Source: an uncultured bacterium (GTDB lineage Bacteria > Babelota > Babeliae > Babelales > Vermiphilaceae). Taken from it: a DNA stretch of 64,000 nt. The DNA lies in NCBI GenBank assembly GCA_963702025.1, contig OY969699.1, positions 864,001 through 928,000 on the forward strand, given 5' to 3'. Under the pieces are notes generated by a model that was not told the DNA's origin, made no database searches, and saw nothing but the letters and a program-made list of their open reading frames with translations. Below, piece by piece: positions 29,330 to 38,628 of this stretch. The number at the start of each line of letters is the position of its first letter. The stretch's first letter is position 1. The position numbers and the translations under genes were made by a program.

Positions 29330-29749
29330 ATGGAAAAAACATTGTTTGATGAGTGTGTAGAACAACTTAAGCAAAATGTTCTAATTTTAAATCCAGAAGA
29401 TTCAAACAAAATATCGCAATTATTTGAAAATACTTACCCGCTTACCGAATGGGGGAAAATTGATTGGGATAGAATAAATAAAAAAAGTTTTATAGGTCAT
29501 GATCGCACCCGCATTTTACCAGCATTAGAAAAACTTTTGGGAAGAAATGAATTTGATAAATCTGTCTATATAGAATGGAGTGAAGCAGGTATACCTGTTA
29601 TTAAGACTGATTTAGATTTAGTAGTAAAATTTTTTGATGATATAACGTGTGTAGCTTTTGAAAAATTTATTTTTAATCCTCCACTTAGATATATAATAGA
29701 GGTTCGCCATCTTGGCGATATAAATGTTGGGGTGCTTAATGAAAAATAA
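29330..29749 (+). CDS. Cognate immunity protein (CdiI-like)
   Basis: Small gene 7 bp after the toxin; TLFDEC...WGKIDW...IPVIKT...DDITCV pattern. Confidence 0.7.
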   Translation: MEKTLFDECVEQLKQNVLILNPEDSNKISQLFENTYPLTEWGKIDWDRINKKSFIGHDRTRILPALEKLLGRNEFDKSVYIEWSEAGIPVIKTDLDLVVKFFDDITCVAFEKFIFNPPLRYIIEVRHLGDINVGVLNEK

Positions 29750-29826
29750 TGAATTTAAAGCCGTTATGAAAATAAAAATCCTTATAAATAATCCATAGAA
29801 AGTTTGTCAAAAACAGAAGGAATCTT

Positions 29827-30375
29827 ATGCGCAAATTATTGTTTACACTTTCACTTATCAGCCTCAACACCTTTGCGCATGATCTTATTGAAAAGGCGAT
29901 TTTAGAAAGTAACCTTGAGGCTTTCACCGCTGAAATTGAAAACAGAAAAAGAATGCAGAGACCCTTAACGCCAAATGAACAGTTAAAATATTTGGATCTA
30001 AGTAAAGAGGTTGTTATACGGCGGAGAGATCAGCTGGAACTGCCGCTAGAAAATACCGCTATGAAATCTGACGATCAAGAGATTTCACCTTTAGCATATC
30101 TGCAAGGTTTTTTTGGTACCATCGGGCTACTGGGTATCCCTTTCGCGGTGTTTATAGAATTGTTTGCGCCAAACAGTACTTATTCTTCCCAAAAAAAAGC
30201 TGCGTTACTTGCCGGCGCGGCAATAGCTGAAATCCCTTTTTTATGGATGGTGGCAAATTATGGCAAAGAAGTAGAAGAAAAGAAAAAGATCCGTGAAGCA
30301 AAATATGACAATGCGCTCAAAATACGGCAGATATTGTATGATAATCTCACTATTTCTGCAGAAATAATTAGATAA
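29827..30375 (+). CDS. Hypothetical exported/membrane protein
   Basis: Signal peptide, two TM segments, AAGGA RBS. Confidence 0.7.
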   Translation: MRKLLFTLSLISLNTFAHDLIEKAILESNLEAFTAEIENRKRMQRPLTPNEQLKYLDLSKEVVIRRRDQLELPLENTAMKSDDQEISPLAYLQGFFGTIGLLGIPFAVFIELFAPNSTYSSQKKAALLAGAAIAEIPFLWMVANYGKEVEEKKKIREAKYDNALKIRQILYDNLTISAEIIR

Positions 30376-30390
30376 GCTGAGGTAATACAC

Positions 30391-30642
30391 ATGATAATAA
30401 TATGGGGCTCCCGATCAATCCGAAAAGATGAAATGAGTGCACATTTTGATTGTATGGCGTGCAATCAGCCACAAGAAATGAAAATAGTTTCTTTTCGCAG
30501 TTGGTTCACTTTTTTCTTTATACCTGTTTTTCCCACCTCGAAGAAAAAGTTTTACCTCGAATGCATCAACTGTGAAAATACCTATAAAATTAAAGATGAT
30601 ATAAAAATTGAAGAACTTTTAGAAAAAGAAAATGCTCGCTAA
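30391..30642 (+). CDS. Zinc-ribbon domain protein
   Basis: MIIIWG, CMAC, WFTFFFIPVFP, CINC. Confidence 0.8.
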   Translation: MIIIWGSRSIRKDEMSAHFDCMACNQPQEMKIVSFRSWFTFFFIPVFPTSKKKFYLECINCENTYKIKDDIKIEELLEKENAR

Positions 30643-30648
30643 TAGCTG

Positions 30649-30710
30649 CTCCATCCGTGCGGAGTTTATCCCGAGCTTTCTGTCGAAGGGCGCACTATAG
30701 AGGCGAACGG
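30649..30710. repeat. Nested REP-like repeat
   Basis: CTCCATCCGTGC[GGAGTTTATCCCGAGC..GTCGAAGGG]CGCACT..CGAACGG; outer part resembles 8392-8427. Confidence 0.65.
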
Positions 30711-30720
30711 AAAAAATTTT

Positions 30721-33447
30721 TTACATATCCAAGTTGTATTCTTTGCAACGCCTATTTACTGAGGAGCGGTTAACACCCAAAAAAGTGGCTATTTTGTTCT
30801 GATTTTTAAATTTGTTCCAAAGCAGAACCATTATTTTTGGGTCACGTAACGCATGTTTGCCCAAGCGGCTGGCTTGCAGCAGTTCAGGGTCAGTAATTTC
30901 ATAGGCAGGATTAAAATGGATTTCTTGTTCAATATTATTCTTTTTCGATTTTTGTGCCAGTAATTGTTGAATGCGGACTTTGAGTTCTTGGAGGCTCAGT
31001 GGGCGATTCTCCATGAGCTTTTCGCATTCTTTTGGTGTTAAACCAAGCAAATTTTTAAAATCATTGGTGCCAATTGCTTGTTCTGAATATCCTTGTGCCA
31101 ATTCGCTCAATTCTGTGTCGGGCAATTGTGCCAGTGATGGCATACAAACGGCGCATTTTTTGAGTTCATTAAATAAGGAAGGAGAGAAGGCGCCTTGTTC
31201 AACGAGCTTTTCTAAGCTGCAATCGGTTGAACAAATAATGCGCACATTGGCGGATATCTTGTGTTCGCTTTTATAAACGCGATAATAACCGAATTTAATA
31301 AATTCAGCCAAATATTCCTGCAAATCAAGAGCAAGGTTCTCAATGTTTTGAATAAAAAGTGTGCCGGTGCCATCAAGTTTTTCAAGAACAGGTTTTTGCT
31401 GAGTCGGTGTGCCAAAAATAGGATTTATGCCTAAGAGTTTAGTTGCTAGCTCCAGAGTATTAGCAGATTCGGTGAGATTGAGTGTTAAGAGTGTTTCTCG
31501 CATGCTGATATGATGCAAAAGTTCCACCATGGGCATCAAATCTTGCTCGGGTAGCTCCAACAGTGTTGCCTTTTTGCTGAGTGCCGTTTGCAAAAGGCTA
31601 ATTTTGAAATGGAGCAATGTTTGCCCATTGCCCGGAATGAGCTGATTAATAAGCTGTCCCGGTTTGGTAGTTTCTAAATAGAGTACGTAATCCCAGGTTG
31701 AGGGATCTTTAAGGACTGAAATTTGTTTGGTAATAATATCGCCAATATCCGGATGACTCACTGTTATTATGACATTATTTTGTTCAAGATTCAGCACGCC
31801 CGTGATGCAATATCTATTGCCGATAGTATCTTTGGCAAGCAGCGATTGAGGCGATTTATATTCTTGCACTTGCCGTGCAACCTGACGAATTGTTTTGGCA
31901 ATCGGATGACCATGTTCGGTGTTGAGATTAAACTGAATCATCTCTTTGGCCGCATGGTTTGCACAAATAAAGCGTCTGTTTTTATAAAAAATTATGCCAA
32001 TCTCTTTATGTTTGGCATGGGTAAAAAAAGAACGGATACTTTCTTTATATTGATCAATCTCCTGATTTTTTTTATATAATTCTTCCTGCAGCTCTTTTTC
32101 CTGAAGAACAAGTTTTTCTATATTTCTATGTTGTAAAAGATGAAAGATGTTTCCTAAGTATTGCGCAAAAATGAGCATCTGATCCCGCTGTGTTGCGGTA
32201 TATAATGCAGTGGGCAACGCATTTGATTCAACGATAACGTAGGCAATTATGTGGTTTTTTTCAAAGATAGGCAGAAAAATATCAGCGTTAATGGTGCTCA
32301 AGAAATTAAGAATTTCAGAACGCTTAACATCTTCATCGTAAAAATTACTAAATGCTATCTCATCGTAAATAAGTATTTTATTTCGGCTAATAAAATCACA
32401 GATTTCTGATGAATGTGACGAGCAAAATTCTTCAACTATTGCATCGATGTGGGTTGTTTTAGAATCAGCATTGTTGCGCGTAAATAAGGAGATTTTAGCT
32501 TGTGGAATCGCGAATGCTTGTTTAAAAAAAGTGCTCGTGATTTGTCCCAATTCCTGCACCGATGTCGCAAAGCTTAACTGTTCAAGGATTATTCTAAAAT
32601 CGTCAACAAAGTTAAAGGGGTGCTTTGCTTCCACATGACTGGTAAAATTTAAAAACCGCATACCCATAATGCGATTGATACAGCAATAAACGATGTAGGT
32701 AATGAGTAGTGCCGATATTCCTTCAATAGCATAGGCATACGGCTTTATTACACTAAACTTGAAGTTGAACGCTATTAAGAGCTCGGTAGCAAGATAAGGC
32801 ATCATCAAATATTTAATGATAATAGAAAGTTGATGATTTAATATTTTTGGCAGTGTACCCGATCTGATTTTTTTCAAACATAGATATAGACTGGGCAGAA
32901 CCAGGAGTGCCAAAAAGTACTGAATTGTCAGTCTTATGAGAGTTGCTTCAAAAGAGATGTTAAATGCCTGAAGAGCATTAAGAGTATAGATATGCGACGT
33001 TTCTCCCACACCGTTATGCCCAAAGAAAGCAAGATAGATAAAAGATAAGCATGTAACGCTGCTCAATACCAATAACATTTTTTGATAGAGTTTTATGGTA
33101 TGCTTTTTTTCTGTGAGGCTATCCAAAAATAAACCGATTGCTTGATACTGAGGTATAAGCAGCGCCCACGCTATGCGCGCGCAAAAAAGAAATACACTGT
33201 TGGGAATTAAGGGAAAAAAAAGTAACCGAGAAAGCTTAATTGTCCATGCAATTTCGCCTGCCATTGATCCGGAAAGAACGAGGATTAAATAAATGCAGGT
33301 TTTTTTTGTACTCGGTGATCTGAATACTTGCGGAATCAATAAAACGAGAAGAATTGTTTTAAGCGCGAGTGAAACAAACATGGTTAAAAAAAGAAATTGT
33401 GGCGAATTTAAAAAGCTAAGCATGCTGAGCATGATTATTGATCTCAT
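30721..33447 (-). CDS. Membrane-anchored regulator A: multi-TM sensor, GAF-like, PAS-like, degenerate sigma54-activator AAA+, Fis HTH
   Basis: About 7 N-terminal TM helices; DIFLPIF; GTLFIQNIE, NVRIICST; NQNKIATFLGVNRSSVNRRC. Confidence 0.85.
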   Translation of the reverse strand: MRSIIMLSMLSFLNSPQFLFLTMFVSLALKTILLVLLIPQVFRSPSTKKTCIYLILVLSGSMAGEIAWTIKLSRLLFFPLIPNSVFLFCARIAWALLIPQYQAIGLFLDSLTEKKHTIKLYQKMLLVLSSVTCLSFIYLAFFGHNGVGETSHIYTLNALQAFNISFEATLIRLTIQYFLALLVLPSLYLCLKKIRSGTLPKILNHQLSIIIKYLMMPYLATELLIAFNFKFSVIKPYAYAIEGISALLITYIVYCCINRIMGMRFLNFTSHVEAKHPFNFVDDFRIILEQLSFATSVQELGQITSTFFKQAFAIPQAKISLFTRNNADSKTTHIDAIVEEFCSSHSSEICDFISRNKILIYDEIAFSNFYDEDVKRSEILNFLSTINADIFLPIFEKNHIIAYVIVESNALPTALYTATQRDQMLIFAQYLGNIFHLLQHRNIEKLVLQEKELQEELYKKNQEIDQYKESIRSFFTHAKHKEIGIIFYKNRRFICANHAAKEMIQFNLNTEHGHPIAKTIRQVARQVQEYKSPQSLLAKDTIGNRYCITGVLNLEQNNVIITVSHPDIGDIITKQISVLKDPSTWDYVLYLETTKPGQLINQLIPGNGQTLLHFKISLLQTALSKKATLLELPEQDLMPMVELLHHISMRETLLTLNLTESANTLELATKLLGINPIFGTPTQQKPVLEKLDGTGTLFIQNIENLALDLQEYLAEFIKFGYYRVYKSEHKISANVRIICSTDCSLEKLVEQGAFSPSLFNELKKCAVCMPSLAQLPDTELSELAQGYSEQAIGTNDFKNLLGLTPKECEKLMENRPLSLQELKVRIQQLLAQKSKKNNIEQEIHFNPAYEITDPELLQASRLGKHALRDPKIMVLLWNKFKNQNKIATFLGVNRSSVNRRCKEYNLDM

Positions 33448-33466
33448 TGTAAAGTATGTTTATACT
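33438..33466 (+). promoter_or_regulatory. Putative sigma70 promoter for peptide gene A
   Basis: TTGATC-17 bp-TATACT, overlapping the start codon of the divergent regulator A. Confidence 0.55.
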
Positions 33467-33533
33467 ACTACCCAAGTTAAGTAGATAGAATATATACATT
33501 TTTTTTAATATTAAAAACCTTAAGGGGAAGAAT

Positions 33534-33620
33534 ATGATTCGTCTTCACGGATTATTAATAGTTTTGACAGTTGCAGTAATAGCTGTTTTGCTCGGCGACT
33601 TTCCACCGCCAATTGGCTGA
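33534..33620 (+). CDS. Unannotated 28-aa peptide A (MIRLHGLLIVLTVAVIAVLLGDFPPPIG)
   Basis: AAGGGG RBS, promoter, hydrophobic core plus DxPP tail shared with peptide B; same position relative to its regulator. Confidence 0.7.
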   Translation: MIRLHGLLIVLTVAVIAVLLGDFPPPIG

Positions 33621-33675
33621 GCAATTTTCAAGCCATGAATTCTAACATAGGTTAGAAAGAAAAGAAACTAACAAA

Positions 33676-36390
33676 TTAGGAGAGTAGGTTGAATTCACGG
33701 CATCGGCGGTTAACTGAAGAGCGGTTTACGCCTAAAAATGCAGCAATTTTGTTTTGATTTTTAAATTTGTTCCACAGCATCACCATTATGCGCTTGTCAC
33801 GAAGTGCGTGTTTGCCAAGGCGCGCTGCTTGAATAAGATCGGGATCCGAGACATCAAATGCAGGATCAAACTGAATCTCTTGTTCAATGTTATTATCTTT
33901 TGATTTTTGTACCAACAGTGTTTGGACGCGATTTTTGAGCTCCTGGATGCTTGCCGGTTTTTGTTGCAAGATTTTTGCTTTATCTTTTTGACTCAAATCA
34001 AGAAATGCTTTTAAATCGTCATTTTTTATGGCTTGTTGCGCGAGCCCCTGCGTGAGTTCTGTTAATTCAGTTTCGGGCAATACGAGCAATGAAGGCATGC
34101 TAAGTGTTGCTTTTTTAAGCTCATTATAGAGTGCGGCGCTAAAATTTCCTTCTTGAACCAATGTTTGTAAATTCTGATTGGTAGAGCAAATAATGCGAGC
34201 GGCGCTTGCCATTTTTTGGGTACTCTTAAACATTTTATAGAATCCGAATTTAATAAATTCAGCAAGATGTTCTTGGGTTTCGCCATCCATGAACTCGATA
34301 TTTTGAATGAACAGTGTTCCATTTGCATCAAGTTTCTCTAGCAACGGTTTTGACTCGCTTACCGTGCCGAATATTTGGTTCATGCCAAAAAGCTTTACGG
34401 CAATATCATAGTTTTTGCTTGGCCCTTGCAATGTTAAAACATGCAGATTGGTGCGCATGCTAATATGATGAAGTAATTCTACGGTAGGCATTAGATCATC
34501 GTAGGCCATTTCTAGCAAGAGTGCTTTTTTGCTGAGTGCCATTTGTAAAAGATTGATTTTAAATTGTAAAAGATGTTGGCCGGTGCCGGGTATGAGCTGA
34601 TTAATAAGTTGTCCGGGTCTGGTGGTTTCCAGATATAACAAGTAATCCCAGGCTGAAGGATCCTTTAAATGGTCTATCTGATTGCTGATAATATCGGAAA
34701 AATCCGGGTAATAGGCGGTTATGATGACGTGATTTTTTTCTAAATTGGGAACACCGCTGATCACAATACGTTCGCCTTCACTATTTTTAGTGATACAACT
34801 TTGCGGGGCTTTGTATTCTTCAACTTGTTGCGCGAGAGCTTTGAGCGCTTTTGTGAGAGGGGCCCCTTGATTGATATTAACGTTAATTTTGATTATTTCT
34901 TTAGCGGCTTGATTAGCAAAAACAAAATGGCGATTTTTATAAAAGAGTATACCGATCTCTTTTTGCTTATTATTTTTTAAGAATGAATGAATGCTCTCTT
35001 TGTATTGATGAATTTCTTGATGTTTTTTATAAAGTTCTTCCTTGAGCTCTTTTTCTTGATAGATAAGTGATTCAAAGTTTCTGTTTTGCAGCAAGTTAAT
35101 AATATTTCCCAAATAGCTTGCAAATACCAGCATTTCATCCCGCTCAATTTTGCTATAAAATTCATGCAATCGAGCATGCCGTTCAACAATAATATAGCCG
35201 ATTATCTGATGATTTTTGTAAATTGGCAGGAAAATATCGGCATGTATGCTGTCCATGAATGTTAAAATTGTTTGATCAGGAGCATTGGGATCATAGAAAT
35301 TATTAAAATCTATTTCATCATAAATTAAAATTTTTACTTTATTGATACATTTTTCTAATGCCGGATCGGTGTTACTTAAAAATGTTTCGGCATACATTTC
35401 ATATTCTGACAAAAGCATTTTGTTTGATTGTTCATCAATGGTGCTCGCAGCACGAATATGTAAAGAGATGCGGCTACCGGGAACGTTAAACGCCTCTTTA
35501 AAAAATGCTTGTGTGATGTGGCTCAGTTCTTTAATACTTGTTGTTTTGCCCAGTTCTTCGAGGGTATCTTTAAAACCTTCAACAAAATTATACCGGTGTT
35601 GTTCTTGCACATGGTTTTTAAAATTTAAAAAACGAAATCCTATAATTTTTCTTGCACAAAAATATAATGCTACTGTTAAAAGGGCAGTCGATATTCCGAT
35701 AATAGAGTAGCAGCTTGTAAAGTACCCATGAAAAATGTTGAAGGGGTAATATTGTATAAAGTCTGAAAGTAGACGAGGGACTATTAAGAATTGAATTAAT
35801 ACCAAAAACTGTTTTTTAAGAATTTTCGGTGCTTTTTTTTGTTTTAAACTTTTTAGAGAATAATATATCGTAACGGGCATTAAAATGAAAACTGCATAAA
35901 ATGGGAAATAACTTTGACCTATTAATTGAATCGCAGATGGAGTTAATGAAAAGGTTGTTCTAACGCAGGAATATAAGAAAAGCAGTGAAAAGCAAAATGT
36001 TATAGAAATGAAGATTTTTTGTCTAATGTTTATTTTGGAAACCGGCTCTATCAAATTTTCCAAAAATAAAGCTAATGATTGATATTCGATGGTATAAAAT
36101 ATCCATGAAAATCTTGTAAGAAAAAGAATAGTGGAATGTAATGTAAAACTAGGATCGACGATGATAAATTCTTTTGTAGCCAAAATGACCCATGCTAAAT
36201 CTTCACACACTGCCCCAATTAGTACTAAAACTAAATAATTGCGAGATTTATTTAGGGATGGAATGTGTATTTTTTGTGCAAAAAGGATAATCAGAATGTA
36301 GATTTTTATTAATAATGAAATTGTATTGATACTTATCAGAAATGGATAACTACCAAAAACTAGTTCGATCAAAGAAAAGATATTATTCAT
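33676..36390 (-). CDS. Membrane-anchored regulator B, paralog of 30721-33447
   Basis: Same architecture; near-identical C-terminal HTH NQNKIAAFLGVNRSSVNRRC. Confidence 0.85.
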   Translation of the reverse strand: MNNIFSLIELVFGSYPFLISINTISLLIKIYILIILFAQKIHIPSLNKSRNYLVLVLIGAVCEDLAWVILATKEFIIVDPSFTLHSTILFLTRFSWIFYTIEYQSLALFLENLIEPVSKINIRQKIFISITFCFSLLFLYSCVRTTFSLTPSAIQLIGQSYFPFYAVFILMPVTIYYSLKSLKQKKAPKILKKQFLVLIQFLIVPRLLSDFIQYYPFNIFHGYFTSCYSIIGISTALLTVALYFCARKIIGFRFLNFKNHVQEQHRYNFVEGFKDTLEELGKTTSIKELSHITQAFFKEAFNVPGSRISLHIRAASTIDEQSNKMLLSEYEMYAETFLSNTDPALEKCINKVKILIYDEIDFNNFYDPNAPDQTILTFMDSIHADIFLPIYKNHQIIGYIIVERHARLHEFYSKIERDEMLVFASYLGNIINLLQNRNFESLIYQEKELKEELYKKHQEIHQYKESIHSFLKNNKQKEIGILFYKNRHFVFANQAAKEIIKINVNINQGAPLTKALKALAQQVEEYKAPQSCITKNSEGERIVISGVPNLEKNHVIITAYYPDFSDIISNQIDHLKDPSAWDYLLYLETTRPGQLINQLIPGTGQHLLQFKINLLQMALSKKALLLEMAYDDLMPTVELLHHISMRTNLHVLTLQGPSKNYDIAVKLFGMNQIFGTVSESKPLLEKLDANGTLFIQNIEFMDGETQEHLAEFIKFGFYKMFKSTQKMASAARIICSTNQNLQTLVQEGNFSAALYNELKKATLSMPSLLVLPETELTELTQGLAQQAIKNDDLKAFLDLSQKDKAKILQQKPASIQELKNRVQTLLVQKSKDNNIEQEIQFDPAFDVSDPDLIQAARLGKHALRDKRIMVMLWNKFKNQNKIAAFLGVNRSSVNRRCREFNLLS

Positions 36391-36400
36391 AAGGATAATA

Positions 36401-36429
36401 TTGCCATTAAAAAAGCTAATCGTTATAAT
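36401..36429 (+). promoter_or_regulatory. Putative sigma70 promoter for peptide gene B
   Basis: TTGCCA-17 bp-TATAAT. Confidence 0.65.
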
Positions 36430-36467
36430 AAAGATGGTTTTTAAAGGTATAAATCAGGAGTTTCATT

Positions 36468-36578
36468 ATGCGTCGATTCGTTTTTCATTTTTATAAACTT
36501 TTAGATGCAAGATTATTGCTTGCTTTATTTGTACTTGCCTCGATAGTTCTTACTGATGGTCCTCCATCTGGTACATAA
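36468..36578 (+). CDS. Unannotated 36-aa peptide B (MRRFVFHFYKLLDARLLLALFVLASIVLTDGPPSGT)
   Basis: AGGAG RBS 7 nt upstream, near-consensus promoter, hydrophobic core plus DxPP tail. Confidence 0.72.
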   Translation: MRRFVFHFYKLLDARLLLALFVLASIVLTDGPPSGT

Positions 36579-36638
36579 TTTCATCCTATCACAATTCTAA
36601 CTTTTAACAAATAAAGCTTTTTGCTTCGTGGAGTGTCG

Positions 36639-37301
36639 GTGGATAAACAGGCTCGCGCTATTCGCATTATCGAAATTCTGCGTAAAGCAACAAAGGGCAT
36701 GGAACAGCCGGCTTCACTTCAAATTGTAAAGAGGTATGGAAAAGATCCGTACCTCGTTCTTGTGAGCTGTCTTTTGAGCTTGCGGACAAAAGATACAGTC
36801 TCTTTTCCTGCTTCTCAGCGACTTTTTGAACATGCCAGAAATCCTATAGAAATGCTCAAACTTCCCCTTCCAACCATAGAAAAACTTATTTATCCGACCG
36901 GTTTTTATCGAAGAAAAGCGCGTTTGCTGCACGAAGTAAGCGCTGATTTATTGCATCGTTTTAATGGCACGGTGCCGCACACCTTTGAGGAATTAACCTC
37001 GATAAAAGGGGTGGGAAATAAAACTGCCAATTTAGTTTTGGGTGTGGCCTTTGATATTCCTGCCATTTGTGTTGACACGCATGTTCATCGCATCTCTAAT
37101 CGTTTGGGACTGGTAAAAACTACCTCGGCCGACGAGACTGAGTTGGCACTTAAAAAATTACTCCCGAGCCGTTATTGGATTGAATTTAACCATTTGCTCG
37201 TGCTTTGGGGCCAAAATATTTGTGTCCCGATATCCCCATTTTGTTCAAAATGTGCCATTGCTGATCTTTGCCCTCGTGTTGGCGTGACCAGACATCGATG
37301 A
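36639..37301 (+). CDS. nth: Endonuclease III
   Basis: HhH GVGNKTA, VDTHVHR, C-x6-C-x2-C-x5-C Fe-S motif. Confidence 0.93.
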   Translation: MDKQARAIRIIEILRKATKGMEQPASLQIVKRYGKDPYLVLVSCLLSLRTKDTVSFPASQRLFEHARNPIEMLKLPLPTIEKLIYPTGFYRRKARLLHEVSADLLHRFNGTVPHTFEELTSIKGVGNKTANLVLGVAFDIPAICVDTHVHRISNRLGLVKTTSADETELALKKLLPSRYWIEFNHLLVLWGQNICVPISPFCSKCAIADLCPRVGVTRHR

Positions 37302-37319
37302 CTTATGCATCGATAATAA

Positions 37320-37346
37320 ATGCTTCGACGAGCTCAGCACGAACGG
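37320..37346. repeat. Single REP-like unit
   Basis: ATGCTTCGACGAGCTCAGCACGAACGG, 1 mismatch versus 14045-14071. Confidence 0.75.
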
Positions 37347-37413
37347 ATTCGGGCTGGCTGGGGGCATCGAGGAATTTCAGCGTAATACAATAGGTTTTTA
37401 GCCATCACTTGTT

Positions 37414-38418
37414 TTATTCCATATACTCGACCGGTGGTTCATATTCATTGATGATTCGTGCAATTTCTGGGTGGCCCTGTTGCTCGGCCCAATTGGCTGC
37501 AGTATGTCGAGTACTATCCACTTTATCTGGATCAGCCCCATATTGAAGCAAATCTTTAACAATATTGGTATAACCATTAATTGCTGCGGTAATCAGTGGT
37601 GTTGATCCGGCATAGTCTGTGATGTTTGGATTTGATCCACGAATTAATAATAGCTTAACAAGGGGGAAATACCCTTTTCTTGCCGCTTGTAATAATGCCG
37701 TTTCATCATAATTGTTTTGGGCATCAAGGTTAGGTTCATATGGAAGGAGACGATATATCATATCAATATTGTTAGCTTGGACCGCTTTCATGAGAGGTGT
37801 GTCGCCGGTGATGATATCTTTTGTATTAACATCCACAACATCAGTTTGCAAAAGATCATCCACTAAATTTTTGGCCGTTGGTGTTCTTTCTTGCATGGTC
37901 AGCAAAAGAAGATTTTCAGCCTGCGCTTTAAGTTCCGGACTTGCTTTTAGTTTGGCGGCTAAGGCCTTACTTCCTGTTAGTAGTGAAAAAAGTTGTTTAA
38001 CAAACTCGGGAGCATTTGGCTCATTACTGTATTCTGCCAGCAAGAGTGCTTCAGATGCTTGTTTTTTTAATGCTTCGTTGGTATTAATTTGTGAGCTGAT
38101 AAGGTTGAAAATTCCTTTTAATCCTTGATTTTCAGCGTTCCATGCAGCAATGATGATATTGCCGTTGGTAAATTTGTTTGATATGGCAGTAAGCAGGTTG
38201 GCCAGAATTTCAGGATTTTTACTGATAATTGTTTTAAATACTGCATATTGATTTATGGGGGCAAATGCCTCTTCAATTGATTTTGCAGGCTCAACATAGT
38301 TGGCTATATATGTGTCTAAAAATGGCTTTGTTTGTCCCATTTCCATGCTATTTATTAAAGTTGCCTGCAGGGCAACTATGAGAACTAAAAGAATTTTTAA
38401 CTGATTTTGTGGTTTCAT
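37414..38418 (-). CDS. Secreted ankyrin repeat protein
   Basis: Signal ..INS-MEM; TPLMKAV, TALLQAA, TPLITAA repeats. Confidence 0.88.
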   Translation of the reverse strand: MKPQNQLKILLVLIVALQATLINSMEMGQTKPFLDTYIANYVEPAKSIEEAFAPINQYAVFKTIISKNPEILANLLTAISNKFTNGNIIIAAWNAENQGLKGIFNLISSQINTNEALKKQASEALLLAEYSNEPNAPEFVKQLFSLLTGSKALAAKLKASPELKAQAENLLLLTMQERTPTAKNLVDDLLQTDVVDVNTKDIITGDTPLMKAVQANNIDMIYRLLPYEPNLDAQNNYDETALLQAARKGYFPLVKLLLIRGSNPNITDYAGSTPLITAAINGYTNIVKDLLQYGADPDKVDSTRHTAANWAEQQGHPEIARIINEYEPPVEYME

Positions 38419-38628
38419 ATTATTCACCTTTTTTTAAAATATCCTTTACTATTACTATTTTACTAACAAAGTAATTCAAATTGCAATAATTTTAAAGATT
38501 ATTCTTAGATTCTCGTTTTCCACCTGCTTTACCCTGTATTTAAAGACAAAAGCAGCAATATTATTGACAAATTGAGTTATCATCAGTTAGAATTTAGTAT
38601 AGATGAGACTAGGCTTAAAAAAGGGAAT

